Notes: generated from the letters alone by a model not told the origin. A stretch of DNA of 64,000 nt from an uncultured Collinsella sp. (GCA_902491765.1 CABUIY010000007.1:5204-69203), one strand, 5' to 3'; shown: positions 56,508 through 63,949, counted from the first letter of the stretch. A program made the numbers and translations.

Positions 56508-57659
56508 CTAGTAGATCCTTTCGACCTCCTTGGTCAAGGCCCTGAAAAGATCCCCAGCTGAGGGGTCTGCCCCAGGACACAGCGATTGCCAGGCACCCGT
56601 TTCTCCGATGGTGCCCGCACTCGTCATAACAAGATCGTCGCTCCGCCTGCGAATGGAGACACTAACGGAGCGGCCATTATGGAACCCATGGATATCGACT
56701 TTATTTATGCGCCCATCAGCTAGATAACTAATCATGACATTGATGCTGTCACCATACTCCGGCAATTCGAAGCCGTGGGAATCCATCAATAGCTTCACGT
56801 CCTGATGGTAAATGCGGGCCTCGACGACATTCTTGGGCATCTTCCCCGTCTTTGTTGGAGAGCAAAAGCTGATGCTTGGCTCCTCTTCGCTCATGCCTCG
56901 GTCAAACCTAAGCATGCACGGGCATACCGACTCAATGGTTCGCAAGGCGTCCGCCGCGACCTTTTCCTCGGTAAACATCTCCACGTCGATGCCGTTTTCT
57001 TCCATATAGGCACGGTTTTTACGTTGAAGCTCTAGCCGAGCCGCAGCCTCCCCATCTCCACGCTGTTCCCAATTTCCGGAGTCGGCGACATTTCGATCGA
57101 ATGTAGAATCAACGGAACATGGCGCTTGCTGTTGAGTCTGATCACTGTCGCCGAGACGCCTTAGCTCGGAGCGTCTCATCAGTAGTGTCACAATATCAAA
57201 CAGCCAACCAAATCCAAAAAGGCCAAAGGTAAAGAGATATAGAAAGAAGCTACCCCACATCCGTGCATACGCCCTATGAGCGCCCGACCACCCAAGAAGG
57301 AAGCATAGCAAAAGCGCCTTGTTTGCCCTGTCAACCGACGTAATCTCTCGAGTGAGAGATTTCTGTTCAGGCTTCGTCAAAGGTGTAATTTCATGCGATG
57401 AAACAGTAATTGAGGACGTCCTTGACGCCGAGCTCCGAGCGCCTGATTTAGCAACGGCGCGAGCGACATCCCCAACTCCGACGGTCGTTCTGCTGTATAC
57501 GGCATTGTAAGCAGCCTTCTTCGGATTTTTGATCCACCCCATGCCCTTCTTACCATAGCCGGGGATTATCGCCCGCTTTACCGCGCGCTTCGCTCTGCCG
57601 GTCGTTCTTGCCTTGAGTGATGTCTTTAGATTCGGCTTACGCAGCCCGACCTTTACCAT
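56508..57659 (-). CDS. TM2-domain membrane protein with a basic N-terminal motif and an uncharacterised C-terminal domain
   Basis: The TM2-like segment reads LLLCFLLGWSGAHRAYARMWGSFFLYLFTFGLFGFGWLFDIVTLLM. The N-terminus reads KPNLKTSLKARTTGRAKRAVKRAIIPGYGKKGMGWIKNPKKAAYNAVY. The start is at MVKVGL (57657-57659, RBS GGAG). The DNA is visibly more AT-rich than its surroundings. Confidence 0.7.
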   Translation of the reverse strand: MVKVGLRKPNLKTSLKARTTGRAKRAVKRAIIPGYGKKGMGWIKNPKKAAYNAVYSRTTVGVGDVARAVAKSGARSSASRTSSITVSSHEITPLTKPEQKSLTREITSVDRANKALLLCFLLGWSGAHRAYARMWGSFFLYLFTFGLFGFGWLFDIVTLLMRRSELRRLGDSDQTQQQAPCSVDSTFDRNVADSGNWEQRGDGEAAARLELQRKNRAYMEENGIDVEMFTEEKVAADALRTIESVCPCMLRFDRGMSEEEPSISFCSPTKTGKMPKNVVEARIYHQDVKLLMDSHGFELPEYGDSINVMISYLADGRINKVDIHGFHNGRSVSVSIRRRSDDLVMTSAGTIGETGAWQSLCPGADPSAGDLFRALTKEVERIY

Positions 57660-57770
57660 ATTTCTACTCCATCCCCTAGGAACCCCACACCGGGGTGCAC
57701 GAGCACGCCTGGGTCTCCCCGTTTTCAAGCGCCCCGTGTTTGCCTAATGTTCACGCCCTTTCGGACTCTA

Positions 57771-57784
57771 ATCCCCAGCTGCCA
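57771..57784 (+). repeat. Plus-oriented fragment resembling the tRNA-Ser T-stem/acceptor 3' end
   Basis: ATCCCCAGCT-GCCA compares with the tRNA-Ser 3' end ATCCCCAGCTCTCCGCCA. The preceding CGCCCTTTCGGACTCTA resembles the right end of the 57836-57971 element. Confidence 0.5.
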
Positions 57785-57835
57785 TTCTTGATAATAAAAA
57801 AGGGCCCCAAATGGGACCCTTCTTCAAAGTCATAC

Positions 57836-57971
57836 TGGCGGAGAGCTGGGGATGTCCGGGCATGCTGCGCATGCCCTCCGGCTTCAAAGCCTGGCGGCTT
57901 TTCGCCCACGGGCTACAAACGCTTTCGCGTTTGCTTAACGCCCGTGCCCTCTCGGGTTCGAATCCCCAGCT
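57836..57971 (-). repeat. 136-nt GC-rich multi-hairpin element capped by the last 17 nt of tRNA-Ser (incl. CCA) with its own terminator copy
   Basis: The plus strand starts TGGCGGAGAGCTGGGGA (= tRNA-Ser 3' end). Hairpins follow: GGGCATGC-tgc-GCATGCCC, CACGGGC..GCCCGTG enclosing AAACGC-tttc-GCGTTT, then GGGTTCGAATCCCCAGCT. The ends AGCTGGGGA / TCCCCAGCT are inverted repeats. The downstream 57-nt block (terminator plus 3' end) duplicates 57985-58042. Confidence 0.75.
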
Positions 57972-58025
57972 AACGTGGTTCAACTAAAAAAGGGCCCCTT
58001 TCGGAACCCTTCTTTAAAGTCTTAC

Positions 58026-58116
58026 TGGCGGAGAGCTGGGGATTCGAACCCCAGATGCCCTTTTGGGGCATACTCGCTTAGCAGGCGAGCACCTTCGGCC
58101 TCTCGGTCAGCTCTCC
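58026..58116 (-). tRNA. tRNA-Ser (anticodon GCU), class II, CCA encoded
   Basis: The hand-folded sequence is GGAGAGC-TG-ACCGAGAGGCCGAAGGT-GCTCGCCTGCTAAGCGAGT-ATGCCCCAAAAGGGCAT-CTGGGGTTCGAATCCCCAG-CTCTCC-G-CCA. The anticodon loop is CTGCTAA. Confidence 0.92.
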
Positions 58117-58130
58117 GTAACAGCCGTTCT

Positions 58131-58159
58131 ATAGTAACCAAACAGCCGAAGTTGGGCAA
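58131..58159 (-). promoter_or_regulatory. Candidate promoter of tRNA-Ser
   Basis: On the minus strand, TTGCCC (58154-58159), a 17-nt spacer, then TACTAT (58131-58136). The -10 box ends 14 nt before the tRNA 5' end. Confidence 0.55.
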
Positions 58160-58221
58160 GGGGAATTTTGAGGCGTTTCCTCTTTTACCTCTCTTTTACC
58201 AGTAAACGTCTCAGTCAATCA

Positions 58222-58276
58222 TCTCAACCTGTAACATCTGCAGGCCGTAATCCCCTCCAGATGTTACAGGTTGAGA
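58222..58276. repeat. 19-bp perfect-stem hairpin downstream of the ATPase paralog
   Basis: TCTCAACCTGTAACATCTG (58222-58240) pairs with CAGATGTTACAGGTTGAGA (58258-58276). No T-run follows it. Confidence 0.8.
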
Positions 58277-58325
58277 CAAAGATACAAGGACGGCCCCAGC
58301 GACAGCGCGGACAGCCCATTCTTTA

Positions 58326-59408
58326 TTAGTCCTCTCGAACGGTCTCCAACAGATAATCGCGCATGTACGGAATTGCAAACGAAACACAGCCATAGCCCGC
58401 GGGCTCAATCAACCCCGCATCGATCAGACGCTTGCGATATGACCCAACTTTGTTCGCCGACAAACCCATCTTCTTGGCGATATCGCCGTTGGCGATATCG
58501 ACGCCCTCGCATTGAGCCATCGCCGCGAGATACTGAAACTGCCGTTCCGACACCCTGCGCAGCGCTGGGGCAATCACCATAGCATTAAAGCTATCAAGAG
58601 CCGCCTGGATACCCTTACGAGCCGCCTCTTCGCTCACGCTCTCCGCCCCACTGCGCGCAGCAACCTGCCAAGCGTAATATCCGACCAGCTGGACCATAAA
58701 GGGATAGCCTGCCGAAGCTTTTGTTAATAGCTCAGCGGCACCTTTGTCGAGCTCCTTGCCCGCTCGTCTCATCGTATCCTCAAACGATCCGCCAACTTCA
58801 AAATCGGAAAGCCGAGTAAGTTCAACATGTTTGGCTCGCTGAAGGAACGTCAACGTATCATCCACCACCACGCCATCTACCGATGTCGGCAGCCCGGCGA
58901 AAGCGAAAGCGACATTCGCTCCTTGGCGGATCAAGAGCTGCATCTCATTGCCTAGCTCGCGCATTTCCTCAGTTGAGGCATCCTGGATCTCGTCGAGCGT
59001 AATGAGCAGACCACCGCGCTTCGCAGCATCGTACATCGCCTCGCCCAGATGAGAGGCCGACTTCGACATCTCCATGGAGCCAAGGCTGACCCCTAAAATC
59101 GATGGGGAAATCGAGATTGATTCAAGACGAACGTTTCGCTGCAGAGCCTCGAGGATTCTATTGCAAAAACCAGCATTGGAGGCAACGTCAACGACCTCGA
59201 ATCCTTTTTTGCGTGCAAGGTCACCCAATGCATTAAGGAGCACCGTTTTACCTGTGCCTCGGACGCCCGAGATGCGCATGAGTCGATCGGGGGCACCAGG
59301 ACCATTCTCAAGAGCCTCGGCAAAGTCATCCAAAACAGTGTCCCGTCCGATAAGCTCAGGCGGATTCATGCCCGCCGTTGGCTTAAAGGGGTTAACAGCT
59401 TTCGTCAT
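58326..59408 (-). CDS. P-loop (AAA-type) ATPase with a C-terminal winged-helix domain; paralog of 6452-7543
   Basis: MTKAVNPFKPTAGMNPPELIGRD...GAPDRLMRISGVRGTGKTVLLN...LLITLDEIQD is collinear with the 6452-7543 protein over its whole length. The start is the ATG at 59406-59408, after GGAGGG. Confidence 0.85.
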   Translation of the reverse strand: MTKAVNPFKPTAGMNPPELIGRDTVLDDFAEALENGPGAPDRLMRISGVRGTGKTVLLNALGDLARKKGFEVVDVASNAGFCNRILEALQRNVRLESISISPSILGVSLGSMEMSKSASHLGEAMYDAAKRGGLLITLDEIQDASTEEMRELGNEMQLLIRQGANVAFAFAGLPTSVDGVVVDDTLTFLQRAKHVELTRLSDFEVGGSFEDTMRRAGKELDKGAAELLTKASAGYPFMVQLVGYYAWQVAARSGAESVSEEAARKGIQAALDSFNAMVIAPALRRVSERQFQYLAAMAQCEGVDIANGDIAKKMGLSANKVGSYRKRLIDAGLIEPAGYGCVSFAIPYMRDYLLETVRED

Positions 59409-59420
59409 TCTGCCCTCCTC

Positions 59421-59483
59421 TGCTAGTTTTAACAACTTTAACAAAGTTTAGCAACTTTAGCAGAGTTTAACAGTTTTAGCAGG
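59421..59483 (-). repeat. Six tandem 8-10 bp repeats TTTA(A/G)CA(A/G) immediately upstream of the ATPase paralog
   Basis: The plus strand reads TGCTAGTTTTAACAAC TTTAACAAAG TTTAGCAAC TTTAGCAGAG TTTAACAG TTTTAGCAGG. In gene sense the units read TGCTAAA/TGTTAAA. Confidence 0.85.
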
Positions 59484-59570
59484 CTCGGCGGCTTTATGCC
59501 TTACCAATCCTGCCGGGTCCTCCCGCCCGCGCCGATACAAATAGCGCGGTGCGGCCCCTCTATATCGCCC

Positions 59571-62012
59571 CTACCCCAGCGAGCGGTTGAGGGAGCCGAG
59601 CTCGTCGTTACCCATGGTACGCCACATTTGGAAGATGCAACCGCGCGCCAGGAAAAAGAAGCCGTTGTCGACCAGTTGCACAGCGGCATCTGCCAGCTGA
59701 TTCGTCACGGCGGACACTGGCGGCAGCTCAAGTCCAGCCTTGCGGATGGTCTCGACCGCCTCCTCGAACGTCGGAGGCTCGCTGACGCCCATCTCGTTCA
59801 TAAGGCCCTGCATTTCTTCCAGCGCGCTGCTGCCCGACTCCTCGCCGCGCGGCACTAGACGGTAACAAGCCAGCGCTAGGTCGAGCTGATCGCAATTCCA
59901 ATAGGCAAACGCCAAGCGATAGAACAGGTAGCCAATTGCAGAACGATCGCTGGCAATACGTAGGCCGTGGCGCGCCACCTCGATAATCTCGTCAAAGCGC
60001 TCCAGACGCGCAAGCACGTTGATGAGCGCAAAGTGCGATTGCATGGACGAGCGCGCCAGATCGTAAAGATGGCGCACCTCGGGCAGTGCTCGTTCAAAGT
60101 CCTCTTGCTCGGCGTAAAAGCTGCAGATCTCGTGCTGGGCAAAGTACAGCGCATCGGGCGCACGAAGGATTCGCACAGAGTCGTCTTCTTCCAATACCGG
60201 TAACACCATGCGCACCAGCTGGTTATCGCAAAACTGCGTTTGAACCGGACCTGTCGCCAAAAGCTCGGCGACAGTGCACTTAGCCTCCAACTCCTCGACA
60301 AGACGGGAAAAGCCTTCAAAAGCACCTGTACGGTCTACTTTTGCCTGCTCGCGCAATTCAACAACACGGGCCACGTATGGGTCATCGTCCTCTTCCATGA
60401 CCTCCAACTCGTCAGCCGTATCGGCAAGCAGCAGATCGCGCAGCGCCGGCGGCAGCGTGCGATGGTCATCACGCGGACGAGCATGAACCTCCGCAGGCTC
60501 AATCGTCTCCGGAGCGGTTGACTCATACGCCTCAAGCACACGCTTGCACGGCATATCGTCCATGTCCATGCTCTCAAGATCCTTGGCGACAGGCACGCAA
60601 TCGGCCAGATAGGCCGCGCGCCCAAAGAAATACGTTGCAACAACGCGCTCGCCCTGCTCACTGTCGGGAGCAGCAATCTGCACATAGCAGCGCGTGATGC
60701 AGGTGCCCGCGGCAAAACACGCTGCCGCAAGCGTGAGTGCCACGCGCGCATCGTGCTCCGCGGCCCAGATCGCGCGCGTGTCCTCGTCCAGCTCGCGCCA
60801 GGCGTCATCCTGAGCGTCGTATTCACGTTGCAGCATGGCATCAACGACAGACTGCCCAAACCGAACGAGCATAATCCCCTCGGCAACGTTTGCCCGATAG
60901 GTATAGTCGAGCCGCGTGACCACGTTGAGCGCCTCAACGATTCGCGCAAAACGGGTGCGCACGTCCCACTCGCCGCCCGGCTGGCACGAAACCGTTCCCG
61001 GCTTGGCCCACGGGTTATCGCTCGAAGCCGTATCGAGCAGTCGGGGAACATCGTTGGTCGTCTTGGCGATATGCCACGCATCAAAGAGCGCGCAGCCCTC
61101 AAGGCTCGGCGAGGATGCCGCAGGGGCCAATCCGGCCCCGATGCGCTCAAGGATGCCGGAGAGGCGGTTGAGACGGCACTCGATGGCAAGCAGCATGTCA
61201 ATCTCGTCCTGGTCCAACAGGCTACGATCAAAATTGAGATAGAAAATCTTTGAGCGATCAATGCGAGCCAGGCTCATCTCGGACTTAGCAGCGATGGTGC
61301 GCAGGCGGGGCAAGTCAATTTCGCTCATAAGGGCGGCGGCATAGCGCTCGATACCGCTCGGATTCTCGGCATGGTCAACGCGGTAAAGCAGCGTCTCGAT
61401 AGCATCGGGGAGCGGTGCCGTGTTAAAGTCCAAAAACACCTCGACCGGCTCGGGCAACTTTACGAGCTTGATCTTGTCGACAACGTTTTGCATACCCTCG
61501 TCGAGTCCGCCGGCGTCCGCCGTGTTCACAATAGCGCTTTCGGAGTTGGCAAATATCACGTAGCGCAAGAACATCGAGGCCATGAACTCACCGTAAGGAA
61601 GGGCGCGGGTCGAATTCCATGTCTCGTGGTCGGACTGCTCGCGCATGGGGCCTTCGGGAGAGCCGGCAGTTTGCGCACACGCGCGCATTGCACCGTTGGC
61701 TTTCCTTACCATAATCTCACCAATACTGGAATCCGACTCGTCAAGGACCAGTTCCATGTCGGGATCGTTGGGCAGCGGAGCCTCGCTGACGGGGCGGTCC
61801 ACCTTGTACACCTCACCCGAAACGCTTACGTAGCCCAAAAGCGACACATGACTTTTGCCAACGAACTCGACGACATAACAAGATTCATGCTGATCCTCGC
61901 CAAAGAGTTTCCAGACCACGCCATATGAGCGTCCCGCAGGCTGCTCGGGCATCGCCGGAAAGCGCTTTTTGGGATCGAGAAACCTGAGCTTGTATGTCGG
62001 ACGCTCTGCCAC
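59571..62012 (-). CDS. 813-aa protein of unknown function with a TPR-like helical-repeat C-terminal third
   Basis: Long uninterrupted ORF with protein-like composition. The C-terminal region (YFAQHEICSFYAEQEDFERALPEVRHLYDLA...GYLFYRLAFAYWNCDQLDLALACYRLV) looks like TPR repeats. I recognise no catalytic motif. The start is a GTG at 62010-62012, so it is uncertain. Confidence 0.7.
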   Translation of the reverse strand: MAERPTYKLRFLDPKKRFPAMPEQPAGRSYGVVWKLFGEDQHESCYVVEFVGKSHVSLLGYVSVSGEVYKVDRPVSEAPLPNDPDMELVLDESDSSIGEIMVRKANGAMRACAQTAGSPEGPMREQSDHETWNSTRALPYGEFMASMFLRYVIFANSESAIVNTADAGGLDEGMQNVVDKIKLVKLPEPVEVFLDFNTAPLPDAIETLLYRVDHAENPSGIERYAAALMSEIDLPRLRTIAAKSEMSLARIDRSKIFYLNFDRSLLDQDEIDMLLAIECRLNRLSGILERIGAGLAPAASSPSLEGCALFDAWHIAKTTNDVPRLLDTASSDNPWAKPGTVSCQPGGEWDVRTRFARIVEALNVVTRLDYTYRANVAEGIMLVRFGQSVVDAMLQREYDAQDDAWRELDEDTRAIWAAEHDARVALTLAAACFAAGTCITRCYVQIAAPDSEQGERVVATYFFGRAAYLADCVPVAKDLESMDMDDMPCKRVLEAYESTAPETIEPAEVHARPRDDHRTLPPALRDLLLADTADELEVMEEDDDPYVARVVELREQAKVDRTGAFEGFSRLVEELEAKCTVAELLATGPVQTQFCDNQLVRMVLPVLEEDDSVRILRAPDALYFAQHEICSFYAEQEDFERALPEVRHLYDLARSSMQSHFALINVLARLERFDEIIEVARHGLRIASDRSAIGYLFYRLAFAYWNCDQLDLALACYRLVPRGEESGSSALEEMQGLMNEMGVSEPPTFEEAVETIRKAGLELPPVSAVTNQLADAAVQLVDNGFFFLARGCIFQMWRTMGNDELGSLNRSLG

Positions 62013-62114
62013 GAAATATCACCCTGATCGGTCGCTTGAAGAAGGAGTGGTCGCGAATAAGTCGCGACATCTACTCGGAATCTTACACGAGTCGATAAGA
62101 AATCGTCCGCTTCA

Positions 62115-62158
62115 CGCCCGCGCCTCGACCGAGGTTCGAATCCATGCAGTGCTTACGT
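62115..62158 (-). repeat. Truncated copy of the 5' part of the Arg-capped element
   Basis: CGCCCGCGCCTCGACCGAGGTTCGAATCCATGCAGTGCTTACGT matches the right end of the 151-nt element and then diverges. Confidence 0.7.
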
Positions 62159-62197
62159 AAAAGAAAAGCCCCCGTTGCCGGGAGCTTTAATCTCAAA

Positions 62198-62348
62198 TGG
62201 TGCGGCGTATAGGATTCCGCGCATCCGCTGCGCGGATCCGCACCGGCTTCGCCCGCCTGCCGGCGTGCTCGCCCGCTCGCTAAAAACGCCCCGCGTTTTC
62301 TTGGCGCTCGCGCCTCGACCGAGGTTCGAATCCATGCAGCGGCGACAT
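62198..62348 (-). repeat. 151-nt GC-rich multi-hairpin element ending in the last 20 nt of tRNA-Arg incl. CCA (copy 1)
   Basis: In minus-strand sense it reads ATGTCGCCGCTGCATGGATTCGAACCTCGGTCGAGG...AAAACGCGGGGCGTTTT...CGCCGGCAGGCGGGCGAAGCCGGTG...CCGCGCAGCGGATGCGCGG-AATCCTATACGCCGCACCA. A hairpin terminator follows at 62159-62197. Confidence 0.85.
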
Positions 62349-62387
62349 AAAAGAAAAGCCCCCGTTGCCGAAGGCTTCAAGTTCAAT

Positions 62388-62464
62388 TGGTGCGGCGTAT
62401 AGGATTCGAACCTATGACGTTCTGATTCGTAGTCAGACCCTCTATCCAGCTGAGGTAACGCCGC
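62388..62464 (-). tRNA. tRNA-Arg (anticodon ACG), CCA encoded, copy 1
   Basis: The hand-folded sequence is GCGGCGT-TA-CCTCAGCTGGATAGAGG-G-TCTGACTACGAATCAGA-ACGTC-ATAGGTTCGAATCCTAT-ACGCCGC-A-CCA. Confidence 0.93.
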
Positions 62465-62476
62465 GACTTGTTGATT

Positions 62477-62505
62477 ATTATGCACATGGACTGAATAAAG
62501 GTCAA
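62477..62505 (-). promoter_or_regulatory. Promoter of tRNA-Arg copy 1
   Basis: On the minus strand, TTGACC (62500-62505), a 17-nt spacer, then CATAAT (62477-62482), 12 nt before the tRNA 5' end. Confidence 0.7.
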
Positions 62506-62622
62506 GCGTTTTTCAAAAAAAGTTATTGAATTTGATTTTTACTCATTTTGACCACTTGATGCGATCTTCGACGCATCGCGATATAAGAAAAGCCTCCGTT
62601 ACCGGAGGCTTTAAAATTCAAT

Positions 62623-62773
62623 TGGTGCGGCGTATAGGATTCCGCGCATCCGCTGCGCGGATCCGCACCGGCTTCGCCCGCCTGCCGGCGTGCTCGCCCG
62701 CTCGCTAAAAACGCCCCGCGTTTTCTTGGCGCTCGCGCCTCGACCGAGGTTCGAATCCATGCAGCGGCGACAT
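62623..62773 (-). repeat. 151-nt tRNA-Arg-capped element (copy 2)
   Basis: Identical to copy 1 by my reading. Its downstream terminator (62584-62622) carries compensatory stem changes (GCCTCCGTTACCGGAGGC). Confidence 0.85.
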
Positions 62774-62812
62774 AAAAGAAAAGCCCCCGTTGCCGAAGGC
62801 TTCAAGTTCAAT

Positions 62813-62889
62813 TGGTGCGGCGTATAGGATTCGAACCTATGACGTTCTGATTCGTAGTCAGACCCTCTATCCAGCTGAGGTAACGCCGC
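62813..62889 (-). tRNA. tRNA-Arg (anticodon ACG), copy 2
   Basis: Identical to copy 1. Confidence 0.93.
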
Positions 62890-62901
62890 AACGCACGGAT
62901 T

Positions 62902-62930
62902 ATTATGCACGTGACCCCTCGATGGGTCAA
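62902..62930 (-). promoter_or_regulatory. Promoter of tRNA-Arg copy 2
   Basis: On the minus strand, TTGACC (62925-62930), a 17-nt spacer, then CATAAT (62902-62907). Confidence 0.7.
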
Positions 62931-62970
62931 GCGACAATTTGGAAAAATTTTACGAAGTGATGATTAAGAT

Positions 62971-63013
62971 GCTCGCGCCTCGACCGAGGTTCGAATCCGT
63001 GCGGTGCCGGCGT
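62971..63013 (-). repeat. Truncated, diverged copy of the 5' part of the Arg-capped element
   Basis: GCTCGCGCCTCGACCGAGGTTCGAATCCGTGCGGTGCCGGCGT. Confidence 0.7.
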
Positions 63014-63052
63014 AAAAGAAAAGCCCCCGTTGCCGGAAGCTTCAAGTTCAAT

Positions 63053-63203
63053 TGGTGCGGCGTATAGGATTCCGCGCATCCGCTGCGCGGATCCGCACCG
63101 GCTTCGCCCGCCTGCCGGCGTGCTCGCCCGCTCGCTAAAAACGCCCCGCGTTTTCTTGGCGCTCGCGCCTCGACCGAGGTTCGAATCCATGCAGCGGCGA
63201 CAT
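63053..63203 (-). repeat. 151-nt tRNA-Arg-capped element (copy 3)
   Basis: Identical to copies 1 and 2 by my reading. Confidence 0.85.
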
Positions 63204-63242
63204 AAAAGAAAAGCCCCCGTTGCCGAAGGCTTCAAGTTCAAT

Positions 63243-63319
63243 TGGTGCGGCGTATAGGATTCGAACCTATGACGTTCTGATTCGTAGTCAGACCCTCTAT
63301 CCAGCTGAGGTAACGCCGC
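63243..63319 (-). tRNA. tRNA-Arg (anticodon ACG), copy 3
   Basis: Identical to copies 1 and 2. Confidence 0.93.
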
Positions 63320-63329
63320 AGCGCAAGAC

Positions 63330-63360
63330 ATATAAAACCACTTTAGTTCGTTAGAGTCAA
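63330..63360 (-). promoter_or_regulatory. Candidate promoter of tRNA-Arg copy 3
   Basis: On the minus strand, TTGACT (63355-63360), a 17-19 nt spacer, then TTTTAT or TTATAT. Confidence 0.5.
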
Positions 63361-63398
63361 GCAAAATCTCAAACTTTTTTCGCGCGGGCCGCAATTTG

Positions 63399-63776
63399 TC
63401 ACGCTGCACCACAAGCATCGGCGCTTCTCGTGCGATCGATTGGCTTTTCGATCACATCGAACCCGACGCCAAGCTCCCCCAGAAGCGACCGCACCCGCTG
63501 GGCACAATCATAATCGGCAAACGAGATGCTCAGCATGCGCGCGACCTGGTTGGAAGTCCCAACTCCATAGAAGTGCTCCAGCGCCACAAGCCCCACGTGC
63601 GTCACAAAGGTCTCGACCACATGCGGCGACTCCTCAAAACACCATTGTGTCAACGGACCCTCACTCGTCTGTCGAACCACCAGGCCACCCATGCCAGACG
63701 GCTCACACGTTACAAGCAGGTACTCCCCACCCTCGTCGCTCTCAAACAAAACCACCCGATCATCAAACAGCTCCAT
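63399..63776 (-). CDS. Hypothetical 125-aa protein
   Basis: ORF with protein-like composition (MELFDDRVVLFESDEGGEYLLVTCEPSG...). I recognise no motif. Confidence 0.5.
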   Translation of the reverse strand: MELFDDRVVLFESDEGGEYLLVTCEPSGMGGLVVRQTSEGPLTQWCFEESPHVVETFVTHVGLVALEHFYGVGTSNQVARMLSISFADYDCAQRVRSLLGELGVGFDVIEKPIDRTRSADACGAA

Positions 63777-63949
63777 CGCGTCCCCTTTCTCTCGCTCTTA
63801 TTAAGCAAAAGCATAGCAGGTAGATGGCTGTATACAGAACAGCTGTTCGTGTGTTTTCTATTGAGCTGTCCGCACGGCATGGTATGGACCTGCGCACGAA
63901 ATAGGGCGCCCCCGAAGGAGCGCCCTTGCATATCCCCTATGCAGCCAAC

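Noticed and set aside
57836-57971. Reading the Ser-capped element as a tRNA-Sec, a second tRNA-Ser, tmRNA or SRP RNA. CTTCAAA and TTCGAAT motifs are present.
   Set aside because: No 5' acceptor strand is complementary to GCTCTCC. The CTTCAAA loop lacks a proper 5-6 bp anticodon stem. The T-loop-like sequence is on the opposite strand relative to the CCA end. The element is far too short for tmRNA and lacks the SRP domain IV motifs I know.
62115-63360. CRISPR array interpretation of the ~425-nt periodic repeats.
   Set aside because: The repeat unit is hundreds of nt long and contains complete tRNA genes with their own promoters. There are no short 24-40 nt direct repeats separated by unique spacers, and no cas genes are in the window.
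62153-63418. Three similar ~110-160 aa minus-strand ORFs (AALPQLDRGSDYESERHRFESYTPHQLNLKPS...) across the repeat array.
   Set aside because: They read straight through the tRNA-Arg genes, their terminators and the capped elements. Their similarity only reflects the DNA repeat, and they lack RBS and start context.
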